The notes beneath the pieces were generated by a model. That model did no database searches. It was not told where the DNA came from and saw only the letters and a list, made by a program, of their open reading frames with translations. From the NCBI RefSeq assembly GCF_037042905.1, contig NC_087245.1:36396001-36460000 (forward strand): 64,000 nt of DNA. The letters are read 5' to 3'. This DNA comes from Lytechinus pictus (taxonomy: Eukaryota). Positions within the stretch are counted from its first letter, which is position 1, and the number at the start of each line of letters is the position of its first letter. The translations under genes were made by a program, and so were the position numbers. Below are positions 1-12,364 of this stretch, in pieces.

Positions 1-389
1 TATTTTTCGTTCTAATTGTCTGCTCGATTAGTTTAGGGTTTAATTTATTTGTTACATGGTCTATAACTTCAATTGGAAAAAAACAATAAAAAACGAAAGA
101 TAAAAAACAAAGAAATATATAAGATATTCTAAAAACAAAGAAATACATAAGGAAAAATTTGGCTTTCGCAATTTTTCTTTGTGGAAACCTTAAAATTAGA
201 TTACAAAGATGACATCTGGAGAGAAAAAAGAGAGAAAATTTGAAGTGAAATTGGGTGTTTAATATGCAAATGTTTTTCACAAATAAATTTGCATACTTTA
301 TTCATAATAACTAAAAAATAATTTTCAGAATTGTTTAAATACTGGCTTGTAGTTTATGTTGTAGAGAATGTGCATGCCGAATTCCAGTT

Positions 390-990
390 TCAGTCAGTTT
401 CATTAAATAGATCAATAAACTTTCAATTATTAGTGACATTACAAATTTACCCTCAACATGGTGAAATTTCATTGACCCTAAATGACCTATGATCTTAATC
501 ATGTGACCAGAAGCTCATGCAAGACGATAAGTGATACTTGATTACCCTTATGTGTTATGTCCAAGTTTCATGAACCAGATCCATAAACTTTTAAAATTCT
601 GATGACATTACAAAAATACCCCAACATGGTCAAGTTCATTGACCTTGAGTGACCTTTGATCTTAATCATTTGGGCTAAAACTCAGGCCAGACAATCAGTG
701 ATGCTTGATTACTCTCATGTCCAAGTTTCATGAACTAGGTCCATAAACTTTATACGTTATTATGACATCTCAGATACTTAACCTTGGTTAAGATTTCATG
801 TTCATTTAACATGGTCAAAGTTCATTGACCCTAAATAACCTTTTACCTTAGTCATGTGACCTGAAACTTCATTAATCTTATGTCCAAGTCTCTCTCATGA
901 ACTAGGCCCATAAACTTTTTAGGTTATGATTACATCCCCCCCTCAAACTTAACTTTGGTTTAAAGATATCAATGTTAATCAAGGTTCAAG
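390..990. repeat. Tandem array of ~160-168 bp units (~3.5 copies), probably the core repeat of a Helentron-associated (pearl/HINE-like) element
   Basis: The motif CCAAGTTTCATGAACYAG.TCCATAAACTT and the TTCATTGACCCT...GACCT motifs recur, with CATAAACTT-like anchors near 413, 581, 741 and 908. Confidence 0.7.
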
Positions 991-1546
991 GTTAACAAAA
1001 CAACTCTGTCTCACCGGATTCCTTAGTCAGTGATCGCTAATTAATTCACTTACCTTTTTACATACTTTCAGGATTTTTTTAAGATCATAAGCATCATCAT
1101 CTATCCCTTGAATGGTAGTAAGAGTTTTCCTGCCGTTTCGCTGTTGGATGCTGGACCAAAAAGGAAAAATAAGATTACTTATTGCCATCGTACGATTTCA
1201 TGCATTGAGCATTAAAACACAAAGCAATATATAGAGGCCATACACAGATGGTACGATGACCCTGGTTTGCTGATCAAACGATAGCCCTGCGCCGATTGTT
1301 GGATGTTTGTAAAATAAACCATGCCCCTAGGCTGATCGTACGATGCCCACACAATCGTACCATTGTGAAAAATCTGTAAGCTTTGCGCTTAGCCAATTTC
1401 CAAGAGAATCTTTCATATCAGAACTGCAACAATCACTTTAAGACCTATATTTCCTCATCTGTATATAAACTTTCACAAGTTAAACCAAGAAGAGCATTGA
1501 AAATAATAGTCATAGAGCAGGGTTTCTCAATTATCTTGCTTGAATA

Positions 1547-2009
1547 CAGACCTGCCAACCTCTGGGAATGAAAAATTATATTATATGATTTTTTTAAAAG
1601 TGTATTTTTCCCCAAAAAAAGTGTATTTCATAATAAATGCGTGGCGCACTCTCTCATCGCGGCGCTCAAATTGCATGCCAGCTAAAATGCGCATAGCTCT
1701 TGCAGATGAAAAAAAAACATTTAAATATGTGTATATCTCACCCTGGTTTTAACAAAATGATTGAAAAAAAAAAAAAAAAGTTACCTGAAATTACATTGAT
1801 CTAATAACCATATTTGTGTAAGTTTTATGAAATAGAGACATATACTGATATAGAGATGATTTTTCTCAATAAATTATGATTTTGTAAAATAACTCATTAT
1901 TATTATTTTTTTTAAACAAACATATTTTTAAAGAAAAAACGTACTGCCATATTTTGTTTTTTGCAAAAACGTACTAAATACGCCAAAAACGTACTGGTTG
2001 GAAGGTCTG
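1547..2009. mobile_element. Non-autonomous hAT-like MITE
   Basis: TIRs CAGACCTGCCAACC / GGTTGGAAGGTCTG. The TSD is only partial (TGAAT on both sides). Confidence 0.6.
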
Positions 2010-2290
2010 TGAATGAATACATTGGCATATAATATTATAATTCCATTCCCTGTGCCTGGGTGCAACCATTTGTTTTATTTGTGCTTTTTTACTCACTGCA
2101 GCAATTCTGCAGTGGAATATAGCGTTACAGGCTGATCAAGCAAGGAAAATCTCAGCAGTCACCGGTCACCCCCCCCCCCCAATAAAATTACTAAGCTCTA
2201 TTCATTTGTGGTCAAAGATATCAGTTCCGAGCAAGCACCAGTTTGTGAAGCCTGATAAGTTGTCATTTTCTCAGTTACCATACTAAGATA

Positions 2291-2613
2291 ATGTTGCAAG
2301 AAAATATTTGCAATAGATGGCAAATATTCTGTTGCAAAAAGAAGCTGCTGAAAACTGCTTATCTAATAAAAGAGAGCCAATGGAGTAAATTAGAAAGTCA
2401 TTTTGCCTCCGACGAAGATTCTGCTAGGATCGAAAGCTTAGGCCCCTTTTGACTTTCTAAAATATTCTGTTGCAATTTTACAAACTGACAGATTCATTTT
2501 TGCTGTAGCAAATCAGATTACACTCCTTGGAACGTGAAGCAGATCAGCTCCCAATCACAAATTTGCAAGTAATTGCAAGACATGACTGATTTCCATGTTT
2601 CTTGCAACATCCC
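2291..2613. mobile_element. TTGCAAGAAA-type palindromic MITE, interrupted by the insert at 2338-2459
   Basis: Termini TGTTGCAAGAAA / TTTCTTGCAACA. It is a reverse-complement homolog of the uninterrupted copy at 55074-55287. Confidence 0.65.
2338..2459 (+). mobile_element. Short Penelope-like retroelement relic with a minimal type I hammerhead ribozyme-like motif
   Basis: Flanked by a 16-bp duplication AAATATTCTGTTGCAA (2322-2337, 2460-2475). Contains GCCT-CCGACGA-A-GATTC-TGCTA-GGATC-GAAA-GCTT-AGGC at 2405-2443. Confidence 0.55.
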
Positions 2614-3537
2614 ATAACAGACATTTTCAGTCAAAACAAAACCAAGGATTTTACCAAAATTGTCAGAGCTTTAATCGAGTCATTACTGACAATTTTCAAA
2701 AAAACTACACCCATATGAACAAAGAGCCACGTTACATCTATTTTTTGCACACCCCAAGACTCATACCTATTTGACCTTCACTGAACCTATAGGCTCACTC
2801 GACAACCCCCCCCCCCCCCCCGTTATATCTAGAAAATCGCGTAACCAAGGAAGGAAACAAATTGTTTCTCTCCATGGATAGCCTCCGAGTAAGTTTCAAA
2901 TTTCGAGTTTTTTCAGGTTCCAGTCCTACCTCTGGGAAGGCAAAAATTATAGATGTAACCGGGCTCCTTGTGTTTATTTGACTTCAACTTACCGAATGTG
3001 CACCTTTTTATCAGGAGCATTGGAAGGCTCATTCACAAAGATATCTGAAAATTAAATGATAGAAAATTAAATTACACCAAATTGCAACTGACAAAGTAGA
3101 GTATACATGTATGAGCAGCAGTTCACAACTATGAAAAAAAAAGTTTTAAAACAAGGTATTTGAAATTTTGAATACAGTGAAAATAAATTATAAAACCTGC
3201 ATTTAAATGGATTGTCCGGGCTGAATATATTTATATCTAAATCAGGCCTCTACAAAAAAAATTTTCGTCACTTGCCCTGTCGGGCAAATGATGAAAAAAT
3301 TTGCTTGCCCGATAGAAAAAACTGCTTGCCCTATTTGTTTTATAATTTTTTTTATTGACGGCACTACTATTATTTTTAAAGGTCATACAAAATAACAATT
3401 GAGAATCATGTACAGTATAAAAGAACACACATTTAAAAGTTTATTTTCACAGCAACGTAGGCCCGAGTCCTTACGTTTTTTTTATTTGTTTTTGCTATTC
3501 ATAAATGGGGCTTAATTTAAGGTTAAAAAAAAACCTT

Positions 3538-4212
3538 CACCAAAAGTTGCTAAAATTTCATATTTTGCATCTTTAAATCCACGAAATGATTATCTGTTTG
3601 CCATATTTCCTTAGAATTGTTTTGATTTAGTTGGAAACTATAAAGAAAGCCACTAAAAAATATTCAGCTCTTTATTGACTCTGAAAAAGATTGTTTTATG
3701 TTTTTTTTTTTTAATCAAAAGTGGAGTGGCAAAAATTTCACATTTTGCATCTTTAAATCCATGAAATGGTCATTTATTTTCCACATTTCCTTGAATTTTT
3801 TTAAATTAGTTGGAAACTATCAAGAAAATTAAGAATATTCACCTCTCTCTTGTCTTTTCTTTTTCATTTCATCATTTTATGATGTTACACTCGGTCAATA
3901 TTTTTTTTTATTGTAGCCCCGCATGTAGACCTTCATGGGTTTTTTTTCATGGTGTTGCAGCATTGATCGTATCGTTTTATACTTGGTCAACATGAAAGTC
4001 TACATGTGGGACCACAATAATAAAAAGCATTTACCAAGTGTAACAGTTACATCATCATAAATCAGAGTAAAGAAAGAGAGTCAAGAAAGAGCTGAATATT
4101 CTTCATTTTTTCAGTAGTTTCCAACTATCAAAACAATTTCAAGGTAATATGGAAAATAGATGGCCATTTCATGGATTTTTGCAAAATGTGAAATTTTAGC
4201 CACTTTTGGTGG
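3538..4212. repeat. Foldback structure: ~220 bp imperfect inverted arms plus a tandem copy of one arm
   Basis: 3716-3938 is the reverse complement of ~3990-4212 (e.g. AGTTGGAAACTA / TAGTTTCCAACT, CATGTAGAC / GTCTACATG). 3538-3680 repeats 3716-3850. Confidence 0.65.
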
Positions 4213-4576
4213 GGTTTTTTTGGTGTGCATCAGCAAATTGCTCAAGTAGCGCTTACGCAGTCATTGCACACATAGAACATAAGATGCGATGGCACGGTTA
4301 TTCGAACAAGGTACCTGGCAATAAATTATTGGTAATTGGCGCTGATTTTACATCAGTTTCCACTGTTTTTTTTTACTGGTTTGACATTATCTGAGAGATA
4401 GTTGTGATTATCCAAAAGATATTGAAATGTAGAGGGTGTACTGATATTTTAATTCCAAAACAACCACTTGCCCGATCGTTCCCTAGTTATGTTTCTGTGC
4501 ATCTTGGTTTGCACATTTTGCGCTATACACGTTGATTACCGGTATTTAAAATCAAAATTCAAATTTTATTGTTTAT

Positions 4577-4826
4577 TTATGCACTTACCTCGATTATATG
4601 GATGAAGGTCTATCGTGACACAGAATCCTGACATCGAGGCACAAACTGGACCCTCAAAAAAAGGAAGTTAGACCTCTATGTCACATTCGTTCTCGGTATC
4701 GTTTTTCAATTTTGACAGAACGAACGAGACAGAACTTTTCCTTTTTTGAGGGTCCAGTTTGTGCCTCGATATCAGGATTCTTTGTCACGATAGACCTTCA
4801 TCCATATAATCGAGGTAAGTGCATAA
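4577..4826. mobile_element. Palindromic MITE with ~92 bp near-perfect arms
   Basis: TTATGCACTTACCTCGATTATATGGATGAAGGTCTATCGTGACA... is mirrored by ...TGTCACGATAGACCTTCATCCATATAATCGAGGTAAGTGCATAA. Confidence 0.8.
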
Positions 4827-5769
4827 TTTATTTTTTCCCCTTTTATTTTGAGTGCAATTGCGACCCCATTTTGGAGAGTATGTCTACCTAGTATTACACG
4901 GACAAATCCTGGGCTCCGGCCCGCGAAGCGGGCCAGAGCTCCCAGGGTTACATGTGCCGGAGCTCACAGTGGAAGTAGTGAGACAATCATTTAGCATGTT
5001 GACATAGAACTGATTTGGAAGAGTCGAAATATTTCGCCACCGCGACAAGAACCTGCCGTAAACTTAGTGTATCGCGGGTGGTCGGTTTCAAAAGGGTTCA
5101 AATGAGCAAATGTAAAATCGCCGTATTCGTTGTTCGCCTATATAATTAATATACGCGAATTGAATCAGAATCGCCAATCGAAACATTAGAATCTGATCTG
5201 CTCAATTTTCTGCACATATGAGACGAAAACAAGGTAAAACTGATAAATATTTTCGCAGATACGATGCTTAGAAAATAAGGTGGTCGATAAGGGGTAGTTC
5301 CAACCTAGACCAATAGCTTCGGTCTCTGTTATGTTGGTTGTTCCGCTGAACGCTGTTGGCTCCACTCAGTGACTCACCAAATAAGTAAAGGGACTCAATC
5401 ATGTCAATGGCCATATAAGTTCGGATAAAACAGGCAAGTGAAGTTGCGTGACAGCTGAAGTAAGTCACTGTTTTTCTCCCTTTTAAGTTTATTTTTCCCT
5501 GTTTTGGTGCATTTCAGGCCAAAACGGAATAGGCCTAGATCTAGGCCTAATAATCTTTATTTTGGTAGAGTCTAGTTCTTTTTATTTGTATGAAATAAAG
5601 ACAGAAATCGATGAGCCCCGTCGCGAGGATTTTGCATTGTTAACCCCCTAATGGTGGCTGCACGATAGCTAGCCGTCTGTGCACGAGAAATAAAAAAATA
5701 AATAAAAACGTTTAAAAACTCCTCGAAACAGACGGCTGCCAGCTAGTTCCAACCACCATACAGAAGTCA

Positions 5770-5980
5770 CTTCTTCTTGCCATCGACAAGTTCACATCTT
5801 CGAGGTCATACGTTAAAGATATTCAAAGAACGATCTAGACTCGACATACGCAAATGCGTTTTTAGTAACAGGGTAGTGTCAGTGAATGACTGGAAATGGA
5901 ATAGCCTCCCCCAAGAAGTTATTGACTCAAGCTCCATCGATGTATTCAAATTAAGACTCGATAACTTTTGGTGGTCTGAG
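5770..5980 (+). mobile_element. 3' remnant of a CR1/L2-clade LINE ORF2
   Basis: The translation RGHTLKIFKERSRLDIRKCVFSNRVV..WNSLPQEVIDSSSIDVFKLRLD matches the typical C-terminal tail of CR1-group reverse transcriptases. Confidence 0.8.
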
Positions 5981-6112
5981 CGTTTCAATCTTCAATGATC
6001 AAAACCGTCTCTACCCTCCACGTGTGCAAGTTTTTGTTCTTATGTAATAACACATCGTATGGAGATGGACTGCAATTTCAGATGAAGAGATCGAGGTCAA
6101 CAGGATTACGGA

Positions 6113-6569
6113 AAGAGTTCCATATGCACCCCCCACCAAAAATAACAAAACAAAAGATTGTTAGACTTCCGGTTCGTTCACTTCAGATTTTTCTATCATT
6201 TTTTTACTGTTGCTTACCTTAGTTGGGACTCGAACTCACCTCGTTTGATCTGCAGTCAAGACCTTTCCCGCTATACTAGCGAGAAGCGCTGATACCGGAA
6301 AGGGTATTTTTACGATTATTAGCCGATAGTTCGACTAGTCTTGACTCGCAGACCCTTTACTGACTAAATAAACCGATTACCGATGTCTATGGACAATTAC
6401 ACGCACAAGATCTCGCTCGAAATTTGACGGAATAAAGCCATATTTTGGTATGTATTTCCACTTCCCCATCATATATGTTCGATATTAGGGCTAGATATAT
6501 TATTCTGAACCTTCTCCATGTTTTTATTTTCAATTTTAGTGGGGGGTGCATATGGAAGTTGGAACTCTT
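6113..6569. mobile_element. TIR element carrying a tRNA-Cys-like segment
   Basis: Left end AAGAGTTCCATATGCACCCCCCAC; right end GTGGGGGGTGCATATGGAAGTTGGAACTCTT. Confidence 0.7.
6222..6280 (-). pseudogene. tRNA-Cys(GCA)-derived fragment
   Basis: The minus strand reads an A-box-like TAGTATAGCGGG, the anticodon arm TTGACTGCAGATCAA and a B box GAGTTCGAGTCCC. There is no proper acceptor stem. Confidence 0.55.
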
Positions 6570-6670
6570 AGTCTTACCAGGATTACCTCACCTCGTAACA
6601 TGACGATTTAAAAAAATTGAGATTTGATATTCAATTTGTCGTATGTACAGATGTACAAACTTACACATAC

Positions 6671-8037
6671 TTAAAGGGGAATCCAACCCAAATGAAAACT
6701 TGTTTTTATAAGGAAAAGAAAAATCGGACAAGTTGATAGGTGAAAGTTTGAACAATATTGGACAAACAAGAAAGTTATGAATTTTTAAAAGTTGCAAATA
6801 TTGGTAATCACTATACCCATGGAGACTTCAAATTGGCCGCATTTGGGATGTCATAGTGATGTAAGGCAAGGACTACTCTTTCATGTACTCCAATACATAT
6901 TATGGCTAAAATGTCATTTTTCTTGAAAGTTTTATTTCAAATTATATTTTTCTTTCATAACGACATAAAACAATATACTACCTGGGTTATATTTAGATTA
7001 CTGCCCCAGGGGAATGGGTACTTAGGAGAAAACCACAAATCCCTGATAATAAAGTACATGGCCTATGGGAAAGTTGTCCTTGCCTCTTGTCATAATTTAC
7101 TTCCCCAGTTGCCAATTTGAAATCTACATAGTATTAGGGTGCGTTTATCCGCCACTTTTTTACCCTATAATCATGATTCAAATCATGATTCTGCAGAATC
7201 ACGATTGCGTTTAGTCGAAATTGAATATAATCATGATTAGAATCACAAACATGAAACACGAAAAAAAGGGGCGTTTGGAAAGACGTTTCTGCAGAATCAC
7301 GTACGAAAATGTTCGAATAAACGATATCGTGATTTGAATCATGATTATATGACCTCACTGTGTCGGGCTACGGCTTTCGGTTTGACTCTTGCCAAGCTCA
7401 AGGCTCTCTATGTGCTCATTGTATGTACATGATTACTCTGCATGCATTTCTTGTCATGTTCAAATTCTGTGTTGGTCTTCGCATCGTCCACTACTTTTCA
7501 TTTTTTGGTCATGTCTTCAACTTCAAGTTCTAGTAAATGAATTAACTGGACAGACAATGATCTCAGTTGTTGTTGAGTATAGAGTGTCAATATTAAATTG
7601 GATCTACGCTGAAATTCACTTCCGAACACCATTTTGGATTAACTAACAAGATGAATAGAAGCATATATGATAGAAGTAAACTTAGGTTGAATTCTGGAAG
7701 CAAAATATTTTTCGAGAACCGAAACACGTGCGAAAAACTTCCTCTGTCAAACTGCGCACTAGTGATGCGCACTGGATTGGCCCGAATCTGAGGAGAAACA
7801 GCTTTGGAATGAAGGTCGTCTAAACGCTGATTCTGTGATATCGTGATTCATGTTTGTGTTTTGAATCATGATTCTGGCTTGAGGTCGCATAAACGCAGCC
7901 TTAGTGATCTCAATTTTAAAACAGCTATAACTTTCTTATTGCTTGTCCGATTTCTTTCAAACTTTCACCATTCCTTTTAATTTATTTTTCGCCTTCCCAA
8001 CACAACATTTTATGGCCAAGGCTGGATTCCCCTTTAA
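6671..8037. mobile_element. Kolobok/T2-type MITE (coordinates include TTAA TSDs), interrupted by 7137-7900
   Basis: TTAA-AGGGGAATCCA ... TGGATTCCCCT-TTAA, with long imperfect internal inverted arms. Confidence 0.8.
7137..7900. mobile_element. PIF/Harbinger-like MITE nested in the Kolobok-type MITE
   Basis: TTA TSD at 7134-7136 and 7901-7903; TIR GGGTGCGTTTAT / ATAAACGCAGCC; subterminal AATCATGATT repeats. Confidence 0.75.
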
Positions 8038-8830
8038 AGACTGCTCTGTATATCATGTAAGTTAAGTAGCTTGATTTGTTTGTATTATAAGTTAGATAAC
8101 TAAAGATTGAAAGAAAAAAAGACTAACAATAACATTAAAAGTTAGTGCCCAATGACAATCTTTATGATCTTCATGATCTTGATTGAATTAATTTCCTAGT
8201 CCTACTCCTACTCCTAGATTGTCCTGCAGTTGCACGGGCGGGGATTTTGGAGCTGGGTGTGGGAAATCGAAATCTATATCAAGCAAAAACGTTATAAATT
8301 AGTGTGATATAGTCTAACGTAAAAAAAGGTTTGTTTTAATGTTGCGCAAGCCTGCAGTCGTTGCACGACAGAATCGGAAATACCATTCGCATCACGCACA
8401 ATCATTGAGCAATGAGCACAATCACAACAGAGTAAGCTAGGGGAGTTACATTGCAATTGTATGTAAATAAAGCTATGTAGTCGATTACCGTCGGATTCTA
8501 AGCGAAAATTAACCAACTACGCAACATACCTGATCCTGGTGCTGAAATATTCAGCGGAATGTTCTCACTGATGGACATAAAGTTTGTTTTAAGACACAAA
8601 TCTGAGAAAATAAATTACAATGCAAAGGATTTAAGTAGATTTTGTACAACGTTTGTGTCAGTAGATTCAGTGTTTACGTCTACGTCTGGCTGCAATATAT
8701 AATGCTGATCAAATCACGTGACCAGTAAAGGATATGACGTCAAAGGTCGTCCACACAGTATCTTTGGTATGTTCATGAATCTGTTTTGGCCTTGATCTGT
8801 TTCAAGGTTAGGCATAAAGTTACTCCCCTC

Positions 8831-9133
8831 CACTGGCGGATCGAGGGGGGCACAACCGACCCGTGCCCCCCTTCCTTGAGACTTGAGAAGCTAAATTAAA
8901 ATTTGTAATGTAAAAATAACGTTAAAACCGAAGTGTGCCCCCCCCCCCCCTTGAAAGTGAAGCCTTCATTTTCTCTCTCTCTCTCTCTTTTTTTGCTTGT
9001 CAAATTTTGTCGAGGACGAAACATTGATTCTTGGTAAGAACCTTTTTCTTTTTCTTTCTTTTTTTTTTGCTTGTAAAATTTTCCTCGGAAAAATGTGCCC
9101 CCTCCCATTTTGGAAAATCCCGGATGCGCCCCT
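8831..9133. mobile_element. CAGTGGCGGATC-type MITE; related copies at ~48448-48689, 49441-49662 and 53180-53418
   Basis: Termini CACTGGCGGATC ... GGATGCGCCCCT with internal G/C tracts, shared with 48448-48689. Confidence 0.55.
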
Positions 9134-9203
9134 TCTCCCCTTTGCCTGTAGTTTTATTATGATTTTTTTCTTGAAGCTATAAATTGACACTATCTGTACA
9201 AAT

Positions 9204-9917
9204 TTAAAGGGATGGTCCAGGCTGAAGATATTTATATCTCAATAAATAGAGTAAAATTCACAAAGCAAAATGTTGAAAATTTGATCAAAATCGGATAACA
9301 AAATAACGAAGTAATTGTATTTTAAGGGTTTGTATTATTCCGGTGAAACAGTTCTAGGCATGTCTTCATGATTTTTCATTGGGTGGATTGATTATGTCAT
9401 ATCCCTAATTGTTCTTTTGTATTTTATTATATGAAATTAGATTTATTCAAAATTGTTGTTATTTGTTATCCGATTTTGATGAAATTTTCAGCTACACTGT
9501 AAAAAATGATGTGCTAATTTAGCACTTACAGTGCTTGTATAGTGACTGCAATACGAGTGCTGATTTTCTAGTTTAAATTTGAACTAGAAAATCAGCACTC
9601 GTAGTGCAGTCACTATATATACAAGCACTGTACAGTGTATTTGCTCTGTAAATTTTACCCTATCTATTCAGATATTGATAAAATTATGATTTTATGTATA
9701 TTAAAAAAATAATAAAGTGGGGATGTGACATCATCAGCCCACCTAATGAATATTCATGACGATGTGCATAATTGTTTTCACAAAAAATGATAAACTTTAA
9801 AATTCAATAACTTCGTTATTTTATTTTCCGATTTTGATGAAATTTTCAGCATTTTGCTTTGTGAATTTTACCCTATTTATCTAAATATAAATATTTTCAG
9901 CCCGGCCCATCCCTTAA
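9204..9917. mobile_element. Kolobok/T2-type MITE, rearranged; same family as 34213-34799
   Basis: TTAA-AGGGATGGTCCAGGCTGAA ... TTCAGCCCGGCCCATCCCTTAA. Confidence 0.8.
9495..9637. mobile_element. CACTG-terminated hairpin MITE with TA flanks, nested in 9204-9917
   Basis: TA-CACTGTA...TACAGTG-TA with an internal ~50 bp near-perfect stem (9527-9632). Confidence 0.7.
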
Positions 9918-10148
9918 AGTTTAAGGGAGCTTGGCATAACTGAACTCTACAGTTTTACATTTCAACGTTCGAAATAGTTGCCAACTCTGTATTTAAAAAA
10001 AAAACGGAATAGGGCCTACTCGGCGTGGGAGCTCTATCTTGGATTCCTTTATTGATTTTTTTTCTTTTTAATCACTGATTTGGAAATTAACAGTGGTTTT
10101 AATGTTTTAATACGCTATCACTTCTCGATTTGATAAAAGTAGGCCTAT

Positions 10149-10690
10149 CCCGGGGGGGGGGGCACTCGACCAAAAAAGTGGTAGGGGTGTGCCGCGGGCG
10201 AGGCAAAAAACGGGGGCCTTGGAGCGGGCTTATTGTAAAAAGGAGGGTCCTCGGAACGGGCTTCGGAACTACAAATGTTTGTGAAACGGGGGTCCTCGGA
10301 ACGGATCTCCGTATCTCTGTGAGTGCGTATGCATCCCTATGGAACGGGCAATCGTGCATGACGCAACTATAGCGCGGCCTCCGCCGGGTGCGCTCGCGCT
10401 TAGGCGATGGTCGAAAAGCGCTATACGGCCGCTTTTCACCAAAATTGTAGCAAATCAACGCGACCGGAACGGCGTAACGAAAAATATGCGAAGCTTTGGA
10501 GCGGATTTCTTTCTTCTTTTTTCTCGATAAGAAGGAAATGCTATGCGTTGGAGCGGCTTTCTTTGTTCTTTTTCTCAATAAGACAAAAATGCTATGCCTT
10601 GGAACGGAAATTTGAGTGTAAAAATGGGGGTCCCCTCCGCGGCACATACCCACTATGCATTATATACTGAGTGCCCCCCCCCCCCCCCGG
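10149..10690. mobile_element. CCCGGGGG-terminated MITE with 8-bp TSD; its last base lies at 21396, beyond the Chapaev-like insertion
   Basis: TIR CCCGGGGGGGGGGGCACTC / GAGTGCCCCCCCC..CCGG(G). TSD AGGCCTAT at 10141-10148 and 21397-21404. Confidence 0.8.
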
Positions 10691-10781
10691 CACGGCTGTT
10701 TCACTCCCTAGGCTATGTACAAAACAACGAACGTAGAGGGCAGCAACATACGACAGTGTTGCTTTTAGGAAGGTCCACTCC

Positions 10782-12006
10782 GCTCAGATTTTGTGACCAC
10801 TTAAGCCCCACCCCTCACTCAGCGCACTTTTTTGGTAGATTGTAGAGTTTATTTTTTTTCGTTTGTTCAATTTTACTATTTTTTATGGATACTGAAAACT
10901 CCACGAAATAATGTAAATATTCTTTAATAACTGTTCATTTATTTTTTGAAAAAAGTAAGACAAAACGTAATCATGATTCTTGTAGTTTGCACATCAATAA
11001 ACATACATAGTCTGATGACATTGAATTACCTCTTTTCTGCTTAATTTCGCTGCCCCTACAAAGCTACACCAGCCAACACGAGAGCCAATACCTTGATCTT
11101 CTGGCATAGCCGCGCCGAAACTTCCGGGACACATCGGTGCGCGTACTGCGCAAATGCAATGCTGGCCGCACTAGCAGGACTGGCAGGATATCTAGACGCT
11201 ACTCGACTTAGCCAGATATGGACTTGAACGATATGGACTTAATCTGTCATTGATGTGGCACTAACTGCCAGTTGCAACGATAAATGATCAAGGTTAGGAT
11301 CCGAATTTTCCCCTACAGTGTAGATCGGAGTCTGAAAGTATAAAAGAATTAATCATTATCCATAAATCCGACCCAACTTTTTTGCAAGACATCAGGCAGA
11401 GCTTGAATACGGCCACCAGTCAAGCTCAAGCCCAGGTAAGTCCTAGTCTAAAGTTAGACCTAATTAACAGACCAAAATTATCTGGTCCAGTATCGAGCCA
11501 TATATGTTTTGACGGGCCTTGACTTGTGAACTATCAAGAGACGAAGGTATATGTCACAGCTAATTTTTTTCATTCCATAATTTCATCCTAATTTGTGCAA
11601 TTAGTATGCACAAATACCAGCCAACCGTATCCTACCTCCGCATCGACCGGCCGGCCGGGGCGCTGGCGCGGTCAGCCATGGCGCTTGCACTCAAGCGATG
11701 GCACTGTTGCTGGATTGTGTAGGCGCATTAATGTGGTGCAGCGAAACATAGATGAAGAATGTTCAACCTCACGTATATTTGTTATCATGTTGATATGCGA
11801 AAGTCATGAAATTGTTTTCACCACCACGTAATATTTTAGGAAAAATACAGAAATAAATATTGAATATTTTTATGCGTGATATTTGCTGTAAAAGTCTATC
11901 AAGTAAAAATGTTGAAAATGAGGAAATAAAAAAAAATCAACTCTACAATTTACTAAAAAAGTGCGCTGAGTGAGGGGCGGAGCTTAATAGCGGTCACAAA
12001 ATGAGC
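10782..12006. repeat. Inner long inverted repeat within the P-like element
   Basis: TTTTGTGACC...CCCCTCACTCAGCGCACTTTTTT..GTAGAGTT (10790-10850) mirrors 11938-12000. No TSD seen. Confidence 0.6.
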
Positions 12007-12336
12007 TTGACTAAATCGGGGTGAAATTAGCAGATTGGTTTATTTGATGGCATAATCAATCCTGTTTACTGAAGAATTAAAAAAACAAAAGACAATAATC
12101 TGGTAATATTTTTAATTTTGAAATGTGGTACATTTTTTGTCAATTGTTTTTATATTTTTTTATTTCTATTATTGGGATTTAGTCTTGTCATAATCTGTTA
12201 TTTTACCTCTATTTTGTTATTAATCTCTGAATGTATCGCGTCGGTTCATGGTTTCGTTGGCATGCCTACCAAATTGTGCGCGCACTTCATTTGTAAGCGC
12301 GTATCGAGTGGACCTTCCTAAAAGCAACACTGTCGT

Positions 12337-12364
12337 CAAGGCCCTATGTTTATATAGGGCCTTG
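12337..12364. mobile_element. 28-bp palindromic micro-element or excision footprint
   Basis: CAAGGCCCTAT-GTTTAT-ATAGGGCCTTG, flanked by the 8-bp direct repeat ACTGTCGT. It is absent from the opposite TIR of its host. Confidence 0.8.

Noticed and set aside
390..990. CRISPR-like array
   Set aside because: Eukaryotic context, and the whole unit is repeated and degenerate, with no unique spacers.
10099..10845. 184-aa and neighbouring ORFs
   Set aside because: They fall within a GC-rich MITE and transposon end, with no protein motif.
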